64,000 nt of DNA, from NCBI RefSeq assembly GCF_006345805.1, contig NC_042998.1, positions 169,818,001 through 169,882,000 of the forward strand, written 5' to 3'. Position numbers and translations under genes: made by a program. Under the pieces are notes generated by a model that made no database searches, was not told the DNA's origin, and saw only the letters and a list, made by a program, of their open reading frames with translations. Of this stretch, positions 1-12,119 are shown piece by piece. Each line of letters starts with the position of its first letter. Within the stretch, counting starts at the first letter, position 1. Source of the DNA: Octopus sinensis (taxonomy: Eukaryota).

Positions 1-699
1 AGAGTTTCATTCATTGGTAGTTACCAATGCATATAACTCTCAGCCCTTGAGTCACTCTAACTTCTGCTGGTTACTAATATAAAAATATAAATTCATGTTT
101 TGAGTTCTATTTCTCTGTTAGCATTACTACTAACCACACGTGCACATACAAAATGGCCTCAGAGCTCACACTTGTTAGTTAGTTAGTTAGTGTAACTTCA
201 GTTCTATGTATAGTATCTTGTCTATGAAGTAGCCAACAGCAACTGCCATTTTGAAAAGACTCCAGTAACAATGTAATTTGTTAATAGCTCCAATAAGTTG
301 CATATTAACAAAGTTCTCTGCATACCATGATAATATGATTAATCTTAAAAGACTGTACTGTTAGAGGAAAATTAGAAAATTACAAAACCTTATTCCATAA
401 GGTGCCATAGTGCAATAATTCTTGAAATGCATGTCCTTATAATGATTCCATTATATTTATTTGCAAGCCCTAAAAATAGTAATATTTTGTTACCTACCAA
501 AAATAATACTAGTTCTTTTATACAATAACAGCAGCAGCAGCAAGATAAGACTTCAGAGCTAGTAGTGTTGAGCCTGTTATTGTGCTACTACATGAAATAA
601 TGCATAAGCAAAGCTTTCAGTTTTATATGTAACAAAAAAAAAATTTTCTTGCCAACTCATTGACAGGCTTAGACACTATGCTGGTGAGGTCTAATAGAC

Positions 700-966
700 T
701 GAAACATGTCCATAGTTGTCTCTTGCTTGCTTGCAAATAATGATCAGACTTCTAATTTTTTTCTTTAATCTTTTACTTGCTGACTCTAGAGAAAGGAGTA
801 GTGCCCATGGCTTTTGCCAGCCAACCAAGACTGATGAGATTGATACGGTTGATGTTTTCCTTAATCCTTTGCAAGTCAACACTTGGAGGAAAGACATGAA
901 CAGTGATGGAATTCCAGAGACCTATATTCTGAGAAGGAAGGTCTTGGTGTAATGTTTAGTGTGGGG
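700..966 (-). mobile_element. Old LINE 3' end (C-terminus of ORF2 plus 3' UTR), decayed
   Basis: Minus-strand manual translation with one frameshift gives PHTKHYTKTFLLR..GLWNSITVHVFPPSVDLQRIKENINRI. This matches the F.PRT..LWNSLP..VFP...DL..FK..I C-terminal motif of L2/CR1-group ORF2. The left boundary is approximate. Confidence 0.55.
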
Positions 967-1120
967 CTGTCATGGGCAAAATGTGACCTGCAGGACTTCT
1001 TGAATGGCATACCTAATGAAAAATTAGCTTGAATTTTTTTTAATGGTGTTCCTCTTTCCCTTCACATGTTATGATGAGCCATGGCAAAGGTGGCCCACTT
1101 CTTGTAAAAGTTTGCCTATG
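967..1120. mobile_element. Decayed hAT-type MITE (related to 31830-31976)
   Basis: Begins ctgtcatgggcaaaat and ends aagtttgcctatg. Shares the internal tgaatggcat.cctaa...cttgaattttttt with the copy at 31830. Confidence 0.45.
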
Positions 1121-1264
1121 TGGAGGACTTGGACTAGGTAGGGATAGATACAAGGATGATGATGATGATGATAAAGGGATATGAGTTGGGTGTAAATGCC
1201 TTAGTGGAAATGATATGAGCTCAGCCACTTCTGAGAAGTAGAGGCCGTCATAGTAGCAGTAGAA

Positions 1265-1490
1265 AGTGGTTCTCAACCATTTTTTACTTAGGGACCCTCT
1301 TTGATTCCTGTTTTACTCTACTGGACCTCCATAGCCATTTGATGTGTATAAAAAAAACATCTTACTGTATTTTTATAATAAAATATTATTAAAAAAATAA
1401 AAATATTTTGTGTATTGTTGAAGTATAAGCATTTTATTGCACATAAATTTTAACAAGAAAATCTTATATGGACCCCGACTGAGAATTCCT
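1265..1490. mobile_element. Decayed hAT/Charlie-type MITE (same family as 25451-25998)
   Basis: Starts agtggttctcaacc and ends tatggacccc..tgagaa. Internal sequence is colinear with the 25451 copy once that copy's SINE insertion is removed. Confidence 0.55.
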
Positions 1491-1749
1491 AGTCTAGGAT
1501 GTATGTGCATGCAGCAGCACTGATACAGATGTGAGAGAATGATCTCACTATGGGCCTTACTTGAGCTTTGTACAGTATCGATAATTAAATATCTTCTGGC
1601 TCTGGAGAGAAGGGCTAATTAAGCAAATAAAAACTAAGAGATTAATTTTTAATTTGATTAAATTATTGCCCTTTTTTCTTTGAATGTGTCAAACAAAATC
1701 AAGATTTTTTTTTTTCCTTCAACTAAAAGGCCTGACAATGAAAGTTGCA

Positions 1750-2001
1750 ACTGATCTGATCAATGGAACAGCCTACTTGTTAAATTAATGTGCAAGAAGC
1801 TGAGCACTCCACAGGTGCACATACTCTTTATGTAGTTCTCAGAGAGATTCATCATGACATACCAAAGGTGACAAGACTGGCCTGCTGAGCAACAATTACA
1901 ACTCATTTTTGCCAGCTGAATGGACTGGAGCAATGCGCCACCGATAATCTAACTCACAATTTTACATTCATGAGCCGAATACCCTAGTCATTAAGCCATG
2001 C
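1750..2001 (-). mobile_element. tRNA-derived SINE, family D (decayed); other copies about 15365-15592(+), 16061-16310(-), 23890-24060(-)
   Basis: Minus strand starts gcatggcttaatgactagggtattcggctc (A-box-like). All listed copies share a central ttgctccagtccactcagctg motif with variation. Confidence 0.6.
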
Positions 2002-2173
2002 ATATTCAACTTAAAAGGCAAGTTCAATTAAGAATTATTTGTCTATGACATTCAGTACAGCACACTTTAACTTAATCTTTTAAATTCCTCCCATTGTTCC
2101 ATTTGAGTTATTTCCCTTAACTCATTATTTTTAGTTTAGATTTAAATTTTGGTTTTAGATATTGCATATGATA

Positions 2174-2580
2174 GGTGTAGGAGTGGCTTGCTTACCAACC
2201 ACATGGTTCTGGGTTCAGTCCCACTGCGTGGCACCTTGGGCAAGTGTCTTCCACTATAGCCTTGGGCCGACCAAAGCCTTGTGAGTGGATTTGGTAGACG
2301 GAAACCGAAAGAAGCCCGTCGTATATATATATATGTGTATGTGTGTGTGTCTGTGTGTGTGTGTGTGTATGTTTGTGTCCGTGTTTGTCCCCCCAATATC
2401 GCTTGACAACCAATGCTGGTGTGTTTACGTCTCCATAACTTAGCGGTTCGGCAAAAGAGACCGATAGAATAAGTACTAGGCTTACAAACAATAAGTCCTG
2501 GGTTCGATTTGCTCGACTAAAGGTGGTGCTCCAGCATGGTCACAGTCAAATGACTGAAACAAGTAAAAGAGTAAAGAGTA
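2174..2580 (+). mobile_element. tRNA-derived SINE, family A (about 400 bp, internal (TA)/(TG) microsatellite, gactgaaacaagtaaaagag tail)
   Basis: B box ggttcagtccc, then caccttgggcaagtgtctt...ggaaaccgaaagaagcccgtcg, a microsatellite and a conserved 3' half. The A box is partly deleted in this copy. More than 15 further copies or fragments in the window, e.g. 3330-3780-, 4575-4930-, 8755-9116+, 11563-11920+, 18901-19350+, 28470-28880+, 30900-31176-, 38860-39240-. Confidence 0.9.
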
Positions 2581-5288
2581 TTAAAGAAAAGAGTTAATCT
2601 TGTACTCACTAAAATAGCCAAAGAATTTAGAAATTAAAACAAATTTTCAGACACAATGGCTACATAGCCTATCTTCAGAGATTATATAGAATTATATGCT
2701 ATAAGTAAGTTTTTCTCAATGACCATACTATGGTCTTGTGTATGTTGAAATCACATACACTGAAGTTTATTATTATCACTTTCCTATGCAATAAATAATT
2801 CTTTTGTATGAACTTGCCAAACTCAGACTTGTACTTCTAACAACATAGAGATAGTTTTGTGTAAGAATTTGGGATATTTCGTGTTTATAGGGGTTGTAGC
2901 AGTAAGAGTAATAAGTAAATTAGATCTGATTGCAATCATTTAAATTTGGATAACAGGCACCCACTTGTCTCAGGGTGCCGCTAAATAGTTTCTCATTCCA
3001 CAACTACCGAATCCTAATTTCCCTGAAATCACGCCCTATCATCTTAAATAAATAAGGATAGATTGCACAATGTAGTGTCCCAGATATGTGAAAAAGATGG
3101 GATGGTCACAGCTGGAATCATACTTCTTTGATCATACTTCTGTACCATTACTATTAACCTATAAATAGGCCTGGCCTCAATACAATTTATATAGGAGATA
3201 TTCCTTATGAGCATGTATCATAGTAAACAACAACCATATTAATGATTCCTAACATAGGCTCAAGCCTATACATTTTTGGGGAGGAGGGGGTTCAAGTTGA
3301 TTTAATTGACCGAAGTATCTTTTATCTTTTACTTGTTTCAGTCATTAGACTGCAGCCATACTGGGATACCACCTTGAAGGATTTCTATCTAGTTGAATGA
3401 ATCAACCTCAGTACTTTTTTATTTTTTTACTTATTTCATTGGATTGCAGCCATACTGGGGTATTGCCTTCAAGGGCTTAATTGAACAAATCAACCCCCAG
3501 TAATTATTTAAGTCTGATACTTATACTATTGGGTTCTTCTGCTGAACTGTTACATTACTGGGACATAAACAAATCAACACTGGTTATCAAGTGGTACGGG
3601 AGAACAGCACACACACATGATGGACTTCTACACAGTTTCTGTCAACAAAATTCCTTCACACAGCATTAGTAGGCTCAGAGCTATAGTAGAAGACACTTGG
3701 CCAAGGTTCTATGCAGTGGGACTGAACCTGGAACCACGTGGTCGCAACACAAGCTTGCTTACCACACAGCTGTGCCTGCGCTTTCATATAATTTCACTCA
3801 AAGCCAAAAGTATAGCAGGAGATATAATACATGTCTAAGGTGCCACACAGTTGAATCAAAATCAAACTTAAAAAATAAAGATGCAGGACTGAAGTATTTT
3901 TGTACTAGAAGTTTAAATTGCTGAAATAATCTAAATCAGTGAGATCTACTATACACTTGATCTCAATAAAGTGTATAGCAATGAAACAATATAATTCAGA
4001 TTTGGCTTGCTTTTTTTTTTTTTTTGGCTTTTGTTTTTACCAAAAGTGTAATCAATAATCTACAGTGATGAATACAAATATTTTAATTGACATATCCAGT
4101 TACTAATAGAATTAAATGATGATCTCCAACTAATTAGTCCAGATATAGAACCAGAATGTAGCTTCAAGTTTTGTTTGTTAAAATATGAAATATGTAGGGC
4201 AGTAGAAGAGTTTAACGTGTATTTAGTTGCTGAGAGAAAATTATTAATTATTGTTCCAGGTCTTTGCATTTTGAGTTCAAATCTTTTCTGGGGCCTATTT
4301 TGTTGATAGAGTTAATTTGTTGTTTTAACACTACCACCTGGTCTTTGGGTGCCTTTAGTCCATTCTATTGAAATTATTTGAACCAACTCTTCAGCTTGAG
4401 GATGACTTTCTCCCTTCCTCACTCTCACTAGTCTCAGAAGCCCTAGTAATGGTCATAGGTATTTCCCATCCTTCCTGATCAAGTGATAAAAACAAAAAAA
4501 TTGAACGTTTGGCTACTATTTCTAACGGATTGAGCTCAAAAAGTGGGTGTATCAATATTTTAAAAATATTTTATTTCTTACTTGTTTCAGTCATTTACCT
4601 GTGGCCATGCTGGGGCACTGCCTTGAAGGGTTTAGTCAAATAAACCAACCTCAGCCTGATACTTTGTTCTATCAGTCTCTTTTACTGAACCACCAAGTTA
4701 CAGGGACATAAACAAGCCAACACTGGCTATCAAGCAGTGGTGAGGGACCAACACATATACACACACACATGCACACACACACATATGAGTGATGGGTTTC
4801 TTTCGTTATCTGTTCACCAAGTCCACTCACAAGGCTTTGGTTGGTCTGGGGCTTTAATAGAAAACACTTGTCCAAGGTGCCAAGCAGTGGAGAAGCAAAC
4901 ATCTTATCACAGAGCCACAATTGTGCATATACCTGTTGAAACTTAATATTTCTTTTCCTATCTTCATTGATAGAAACATTGCACTAATTATCCCAAGAAT
5001 GAACCTTATAATAGAATGATAACAATCAAGACAAGAGAAATAAAAACCACAAAATTCTTCAGGCTAAACGTTAAAGATATTTTCAAAACTTTGGCCTAAA
5101 ATAGCAAAGATAATTCTTGCTGACATTCATCTTTTGTTGACAGATAAAAAAAAATTCTTTCAACTCAGTTTATTTAGAATGTATTTAAAGCACTGATAAG
5201 GCGTTCTTCAACACATATACACAATAATGCATGCATGCATGTATGTATATATATATATATATATATATAAGCACACACAAACATACAC

Positions 5289-5560
<272 letters not shown>

Positions 5561-6001
5561 GGTTCTTTTACAAGAGGAGTACTGAGAGTGACTTTGAATC
5601 TTTGGCCTGCTTAGCTTTTATTGGACTATGGTACATTTGAGTTTATGTAGTCTCTTGTAAGTTTATTTTGCCATGGACAGATGGAACTCTGTTGAATGAT
5701 AATTAGGTTATAGGGTAAGTTCTGATGTAACAGTACTATAGAGCTTTACCTACTCCAAAAAAAATATTATAAATAATAAACTCACCTGAGTACATTTGAA
5801 GTCATCTTGGCTTCAAATAATAAAGCTAAGATGACTTGAAATGTACCATAGTCTGATGAAGTCTAAGCACGCTAAAACTTTGAAGTCCCTATCAACATTA
5901 TTCTTGTAAAAGAATAATAAGTATTCTACAAAAAGAATTGAGTAATTCTTCAGTTTTATATAAAATTGCTTTTATTATAATTTGACATAAAAACAATGTG
6001 T

Positions 6002-6751
6002 TAGTTAATTTTTTGGCTCAAAAAGCAAAAAGCAAGGCCATGTAGGGGGACATGGAGTTATGTACAGGGTGGTGTTCATGTAAAGAGTTCAGGCCACTTG
6101 AGGTCAAGGGAGACTTTGAACCGAGTGGTCGTCGGCATCTTCACCATCTCGTCTGGCAGCTTATTCCATGGTTCCGCAACCCGGACGGAGAAAGCCCCTC
6201 TCCTTCGATTGAGATGAAATCGTCGCAGATAGAGCTTTTCGGAATGACCCTGCAGCCGACACTCTGGAGCAGGAGTGAAGAGCAGCTCTTTCGAGAGGTT
6301 ACACTTTCCGCTTATGATGTTGTGAGCAAGAATGAGGTCTCCACGGCATCGTCGTTTTTCTAGAGAATAAAGGTCGAGCATCTTCAGCCTTTCTTCATAA
6401 GACAAATTCTTGAGACCAAAAACCATGCGGGTAGCCAGCTTCTGGACTCTTTCGAGATGCTGTATGTCTTTGAGGAGATAAGGAGAAGAGGCTTGAATCC
6501 CGTACTCCAATATGGGTCTCACCAGCGTGACATAGAGCGGTAGGAATATGGCTGCTGTGAGCATTCCGAATGACCGTCGAATCAAGAACAGAATTCTGCG
6601 TGCTTTGTTGGCAGCATGGACGCACTGGGCCGAAGGTGAAAAGGAGGAATCCACCAAGATACCCAGGTCCTTTACCTGATCGGTCCTCTCCAGCAGCAAA
6701 CGACCCGGCTCAAAATCAAGTTGAGTTGCAGGAGGAGAGCCAACTTGGAAT
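6002..6751 (-). mobile_element. 5'-truncated CR1-clade LINE: RT thumb and C-terminal region plus short 3' UTR
   Basis: ORF 6076-6699 has KDLGILVD, LYVTLVRPILEY, LERVQKLATRMV, YEERLKMLDLYSLEKRRCRGDLI, GHSEKL and FSVRVAEPWNKLP, all CR1 ORF2 C-terminal motifs. The frame stays open to about 6750. GC/CpG-rich relative to the flanks. Possible short TSD atgtgt at 5996 and 6752. Confidence 0.92.
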
Positions 6752-7910
6752 ATGTGTGTGTGTGTGTGTCAAGTTTTTCAAAATCTGTTCTAACAATTTG
6801 GATGATATAAAGTTTCAGAATGTTAGTGAAAGATTATAAAAGATTCTAAGTATTTCTTTGAAGTGTGGGATCACAAATGATGTTCCTGTCTGTGAATAAA
6901 ATATTCAGCATTGTAGCAAAATAAATACACTAAGAATGAACACTCAGTTAAACCTAAAAAGAGAAATTCTTTAAAATTACTGTCTGAATAAAGAAGAAAA
7001 GAAAAGAATGAAGACTTCATTGGTATGAAATCCAACACACAAAGTTCAAAAGACTTTTCATCTTTATAATAACATGTGTAGGAAATTGAAAATATGTAGC
7101 ACTGACAAGTAAAAAAAAAATCATGATTAAAGATGTAAAATTCTTTTATGGCAGTTTCAGACTAAGGAAGGTCATAGCATACTATGAAGATGGAAGACAT
7201 TGTTTTTATGTGGTTTATTTGGAATATTCCAAGTTGTTCCAATTTTGATATAAAATAATACAAAAACGAAATTTTTGGTGCTCCAAAATCTAATTTTTAA
7301 CATTCATAAGTGTAAAAGATTATATGTATATATATATATATATATCATCATCATCATATATATGGAAAGAGAGAAAGTACAAAATCTGAAAATGTTGAGG
7401 ACAGAGGTGAAGAAACAAAAGATAGAAAGAAAAAAAAAATAAGAGGAGAAAACAGAGGAAAGTCAAAAATAATAGAAAGTAAAACAAAATGAGGGAGAAA
7501 CTGAATCAAATAAAAAAAAAACAGAACAGAAAAGGGGGTGGTGATAGAAGAAGCAATGAGCAGCAAAAAGGAGAAATTTGCTATGACATTTTAAATTTAT
7601 GACCTATTAAGAGAATAATTTTGTTGGGTTGGAGAAGTTATGATAATAAGCGAGTAGTAATTGTACATTCAGAATTACAAATACCAATAATAATTTACAT
7701 AAGTCTACTGTTAATGAGTGGTCCAAAAAAGATATTTTTCAGACTGGTAGCTTGTAAGTAAAATATAGTTCTATTGTTATAAATATTTGTTGTAAAGATG
7801 TAACTGGTACATTCGAAGGAAAACAATCTTATAATTAAAACTTACATGATACAAATTCCAAAAGTTGAATTTTAAATAAGTGAGTAAGTATAAGGATGAT
7901 AGGGGCTTGG

Positions 7911-7942
<32 letters not shown>

Positions 7943-8339
7943 TGTTTTTTTAGTTTTACAGATGTTGATTTAAATAAGGTTGACCTTGAATTCATATATG
8001 TATGTGTGTGTGTGTGATAATTTCCTTGGCAAAGTGTCAATATTCATTCAGAGGCTTCATACACTGTGCATAAATACTTTTGAAAGTATTATCATTGGTC
8101 AAAATAGACATTGGGGCAGAATATATAAACATTGCCATACCAAAAGTAGTAAATATTGTAGGATGTAAAATAAACAAAAACATGTAAGGATGTATGTACC
8201 TGGTTCTGATCTGAAATACTTACCAACTGGATTTCTATTAAGTTTAGTATTAAAGATCAACCACTTGTTATTTTGTAAAATGTCTTGTGAGAAATAAACA
8301 ACAACATAGACTGAGATTATGAATAGTTATGTAACCTTA

Positions 8340-8740
8340 TCTTTCTATATATAAAACTGAAGTTGTCTGTGTATGGCAGGTTTGGTAGCCTTCAACTAAT
8401 ACTATCTCCTCCGAGACCCTGCGGTGCAAGTTGACCAAAATTGAGAGTATGATAGAAGAAGGCTTGCTCTACCTTCCATAGAAGAAAAAATTCAAATTGG
8501 ACCATGTTAACACCAAAAATTATTTACATCAAAAAGGTGCTTTTTTTTCTATGATAATCCCTATTTTTTATGATTTTTTTTTACTGCTGTGTCGCCATTT
8601 TTCGGTGTATTTCAACCAGAAAAATGTTCACTTAAAGAGAATAACAAACTACATAATGCAAAATTTTTACTTTTTAAAAATTCCAATTCTAAAGGGTCGA
8701 CTAGAAAACAAGCCCAAGCAACGCTGGACTATACTGCTAG
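8340..8740 (+). mobile_element. Non-autonomous Helitron (about 400 bp)
   Basis: 5' end A|TCtttctatatataaaa. 3' subterminal hairpin cccaagcaacgctgga (8713-8728) followed by CTAG|T at 8737-8741. Inserted between A and T with no TSD. Confidence 0.8.
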
Positions 8741-9220
8741 TGTATATATAAATAGGTGCAGGCGTGACTGTGTGATAAGAAGCTTGCTTCCCAACTACAT
8801 GGCTCTGGGTTCAGTCCCACTGTATGGCACCTTGGACAAGTGTCTTCTACTGTAGCCATAAGCCAACCAAATCCTTATGAGTGGATTTGGAGAAGGAAAT
8901 TGAAAGAAGTGCGTGTGTGTCCCACTGCTTGACAACTGGTGTGGTGTGGTGTGTGTAGATCCCGGTAACTTAGCAGTTCGGCAAAAGAGGCTGCTAGAAT
9001 AAGTACCAGGCTTTGAAAATAAAAGTCTTGGAGTTGATTCATTTGACTAAAAATCCTTCAAGGTGGTGCCCTAGCATGACTGCAGTCTAATGACTGAAAC
9101 AAGTAAAAAAAAAAAGTATATATATATATATATAATAAAAGGTAAAATTAATTAATTAGTAATTAATAATTTCACCAAGTAGTTTTCGGCATGTTAAAAA
9201 GACCATTTTCGGTAAACTTA

Positions 9221-9478
9221 AACAATATTTTTTTATAATTATGAGTATAATTATATTTAGGGCTCAGCAAAAAATGTTCTTAACCACATACCGAACTTTA
9301 GAAATAGCAGCCAAAAATACTTAGCTACTTCTTCTACTATAAGTAGAAGAGTTGCTTCTTATAGTAGAAGAAATAGCTAAGTTATTTTGGCTGCTATTTC
9401 TAAAGCTCGGTATATGGTTAAGAAAATTTTTTGCTGAATCCTAATTATAATTATACTTATAATTATAAAAAAATATTG

Positions 9479-9480
<2 letters not shown>
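9221..9480. repeat. Long inverted repeat (arms about 123 bp, 9221-9343 and 9358-9480, 14-nt spacer) in a (TA)n-flanked element
   Basis: Arms align by eye with about 10 mismatches. Confidence 0.92.
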
Positions 9481-9509
<29 letters not shown>

Positions 9510-9512
<3 letters not shown>

Positions 9513-9690
9513 AGAGTCTACGGAAAAAAACAAAAGAAGAAGACGGGTGGTGTACAAAACAAACAGATGTATTAGTATAACGCTCAGGAATAGAAAAAGT
9601 CTTTTACGTTTTGAGCCTATGCACTTCTACAGAAAGGGACACAGAAAACAAGGAGAGGAAAAAAATGTGTGTAGTGGCTAACGATCTATC
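9510..9690 (-). mobile_element. PLE-type repeat with degenerate hammerhead motif (family also at 11360-11535+ and 17365-17555+)
   Basis: Minus strand 9601-9636 reads cttt CTGTAGA a gtgc atag gctc AAAA CGTA aaag. It is followed by cctgagcgttatactaatac, similar to the other two copies, and flanked by (TA)n. Confidence 0.65.
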
Positions 9691-9992
9691 ATATATATAT
9701 ATATAGCTTCATTTATATAGAAGATCAATAATAAAATAACAGATGCAAAAAAAACAAACGCACAATACATTGAAAAAAGTATTAAAAATAACTTAACAGA
9801 TATGGATGTATAAACATTCTAGTGTAGGTTGTATGGCACATGTACACTCGCTCATACAAGCATCCACGATGTAAGCCTAGACATGTGTGGTTTGGCGCAA
9901 ATACGTTCACATAGCTCCTTGGCATTTATAAGAATGGGGAGGTTAAAACTATACTTAATTCATCCATACCTTAAGGTAAATCATATTAACAG

Positions 9993-10409
9993 TTACTCAA
10001 ATTCATTCCCACTGCATTGTGTGAAAGTATATTTATATGAATGCAAGCATCATGAGAGTCTTTCAGAAATTCTATTAATGATCATCTCATTGATCCACAG
10101 AATAGACAGGGATTCCTTGGAGCAGAGTTGGCATCTTATGGTTTTCATATGGTTTTTCATACCTTACTATGGACCAAATTATGTTATATTTAATTTTATC
10201 TTCCTTGAGTTGCCACACAAAATCAGCCAAAGATTTTGAATGTCCCTTATTGATTTTCTTGAAGCTGGCAACATGTTTGTGATAATAATTCTTGAATGAA
10301 TCAGCCATTTGCCCAATATAAACATATATGGCTTTCCCCTTATGTGCACAGTGCATTTATATACAAGATTTGTATGCATACAAAGGTTCATCAATGGGCA
10401 TTTTGATAC
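9993..10409 (-). pseudogene. Penelope-like element GIY-YIG endonuclease C-terminal fragment (Naiad-like), frameshifted
   Basis: Joining three minus frames gives SKCPLMNLCMHTNLVYKCTV..YIGQMADSFKNYYHKHVASFK..SLADFVWQLKE..WSIV..PYEN..RCQLCSKESLSI..INRISERLS*CLHSYKY. This contains the CPL..C, VY/YIG, CxLC..E and N.R.E...C.H motifs of PLE GIY-YIG domains. Confidence 0.82.
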
Positions 10410-10935
10410 ATATATATGTATGAATATTGACACAGCTGTGTGGTTAAGAGGTTTCCTTTGCAGTTGTTTGCAGGTTCAACCTCCAAGTGTGGCAATGTGA
10501 TTGTCTTCTACCATAGTCTTAGGTTAACCAATGCCTTCTAAGTGAAATTTAATAGATAAGGACTGTTGTGTATACATACATATATTTGTGTGCATGCTGG
10601 TTAAATACCTTGGGGTAGCCATAAAAGGGAGATAACTTCAAAGGGATCTAAATCAGGTAACCTAGTCCATTCAGTAAATAGAAATTAATAAAATAGTACC
10701 ATACTTAATTTGGGGGTTGATATAATTAGCTAAAAGCTCTTTAAAATGTTTCAGTATGGTTGCAGTCCAATGACTGCAACTCGTAAAAGAAGAAAATAAC
10801 CTAAATGTCCATTTATAAACGATTTTCTCCCGGAAGAAGGAAGTGAGTGGCAGAGAACATACATGAAAACAATGAACAAAATTGATTTTTAATGAAACCC
10901 ACAAGAAGAAAACTACTGAAGTATATTAAATTATA

Positions 10936-11043
10936 AGTTTAGTAAACTGAGTTTTAGCAATTTAATATCGGATAAACTTGCCTTTAACTAGTTTAGTAAA
11001 CTAAGTTTTAGTATTTTAATATCAGATAAACTTGCCTTTAACT
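10936..11043. repeat. Tandem duplication of a 54-bp unit (2 copies)
   Basis: agtttagtaaact..gataaacttgcctttaact at 10936-10989 and 10990-11043, with about 4 mismatches. Confidence 0.9.
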
Positions 11044-11280
11044 TTTAACAAAAGCTGAATCTCCTACAACACCAATTAACTTTAATATTATGACTATAAA
11101 TACTAATTTCTTGATTTGAAATTGTGATAAATGTACATGGTATTCTTATCTTAACAAGAATTGTTATTAGAAACTAATAGGTATTATGTTCTAAGAAACT
11201 TGAAACTCTCACTATTTAGCATTTTAATTTCCTGTAGAAACTTGAATCATATGGAAGAGAGAGAGAGAAACAATATATAA

Positions 11281-11322
<42 letters not shown>

Positions 11323-11529
11323 TTTATATATATATATATAATAATATATATATATATTCAAAATGTGACCACGTGTGTACCGTTGGTGATTTTTTCCCTC
11401 TGTCTTCCCTTCTCTGGATCTTTCCTTTTCCTATGTTTCTAACCCTTCCTTCCTGAGTATCCAATAATACTATATTTGTTCCACGTCCTCGCATTGTTGT
11501 GTTTTCTCTTTGTGTTTTCATGTTTGGAT

Positions 11530-11565
<36 letters not shown>

Positions 11566-12119
11566 CATGGCCGTGTGGTAAGAAGTTTGCTTCCTAACCA
11601 CATAGTTCCCACTGTGTGGCACCTTGGGCATGTGTCTTCTACTATAGCCTTAGGCTGACCAACGCCTTGTGAGTGGATTTGATAGACAGAAACTGAAAGG
11701 AGCCTGTTGTGTGTGCGTGCACGTGTGTTTATGTGTATATATATATGTGTGTGTGTGTGTTATGACCCCCATAATTTAGCAGACTGACAAAAGGATGAAT
11801 AGAATAAGTACTAGATTTACAAAGAATAAGTGCAGAGGTCAATTTGTTCACTTAAATTCGTTAAGATAGTGCCCCTGCATGGCCACAATCTAATGACTGA
11901 AACAAGTAAAACAATAAAGAATAACTATAAGATGTTACTAGAAGCTAAATAACTGATTCATAATTAATAAAATGGGAAAGTGTCTTTTATGGACCAACCA
12001 AAGCCGTGTGAGTGGATCTGGTAGATGGAAACTGAAAAACTTCCATTGTATATATGTGTACATATATGTCTGTGTGCATGTGTGTTTGTGTCTCCTTGTC
12101 TTAACAAGATTCACAAATA

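Noticed and set aside
2142-2491. Recurring peptide motifs (GLLSVSVYQIHSQGFG, AIVEDTCPRCHAVGLNPEPCGW) in many ORFs, suggesting a gene family
   Set aside because: Antisense translations of the family A SINE, not genes.
6052-6363. 103-aa plus-strand ORF
   Set aside because: Antisense shadow of the CR1 ORF.
9860-9930. Possible hammerhead in the Naiad-like 3' UTR (ccaagga...caaac...gtc)
   Set aside because: Both core boxes deviate and stem II is not evident, so it cannot be supported from one copy.
10050-10052. In-frame TGA in the Naiad-like fragment as a selenocysteine codon
   Set aside because: It lies next to the conserved Cys (S*CLH) rather than at it, and the copy is frameshifted. It is more simply a decay mutation.
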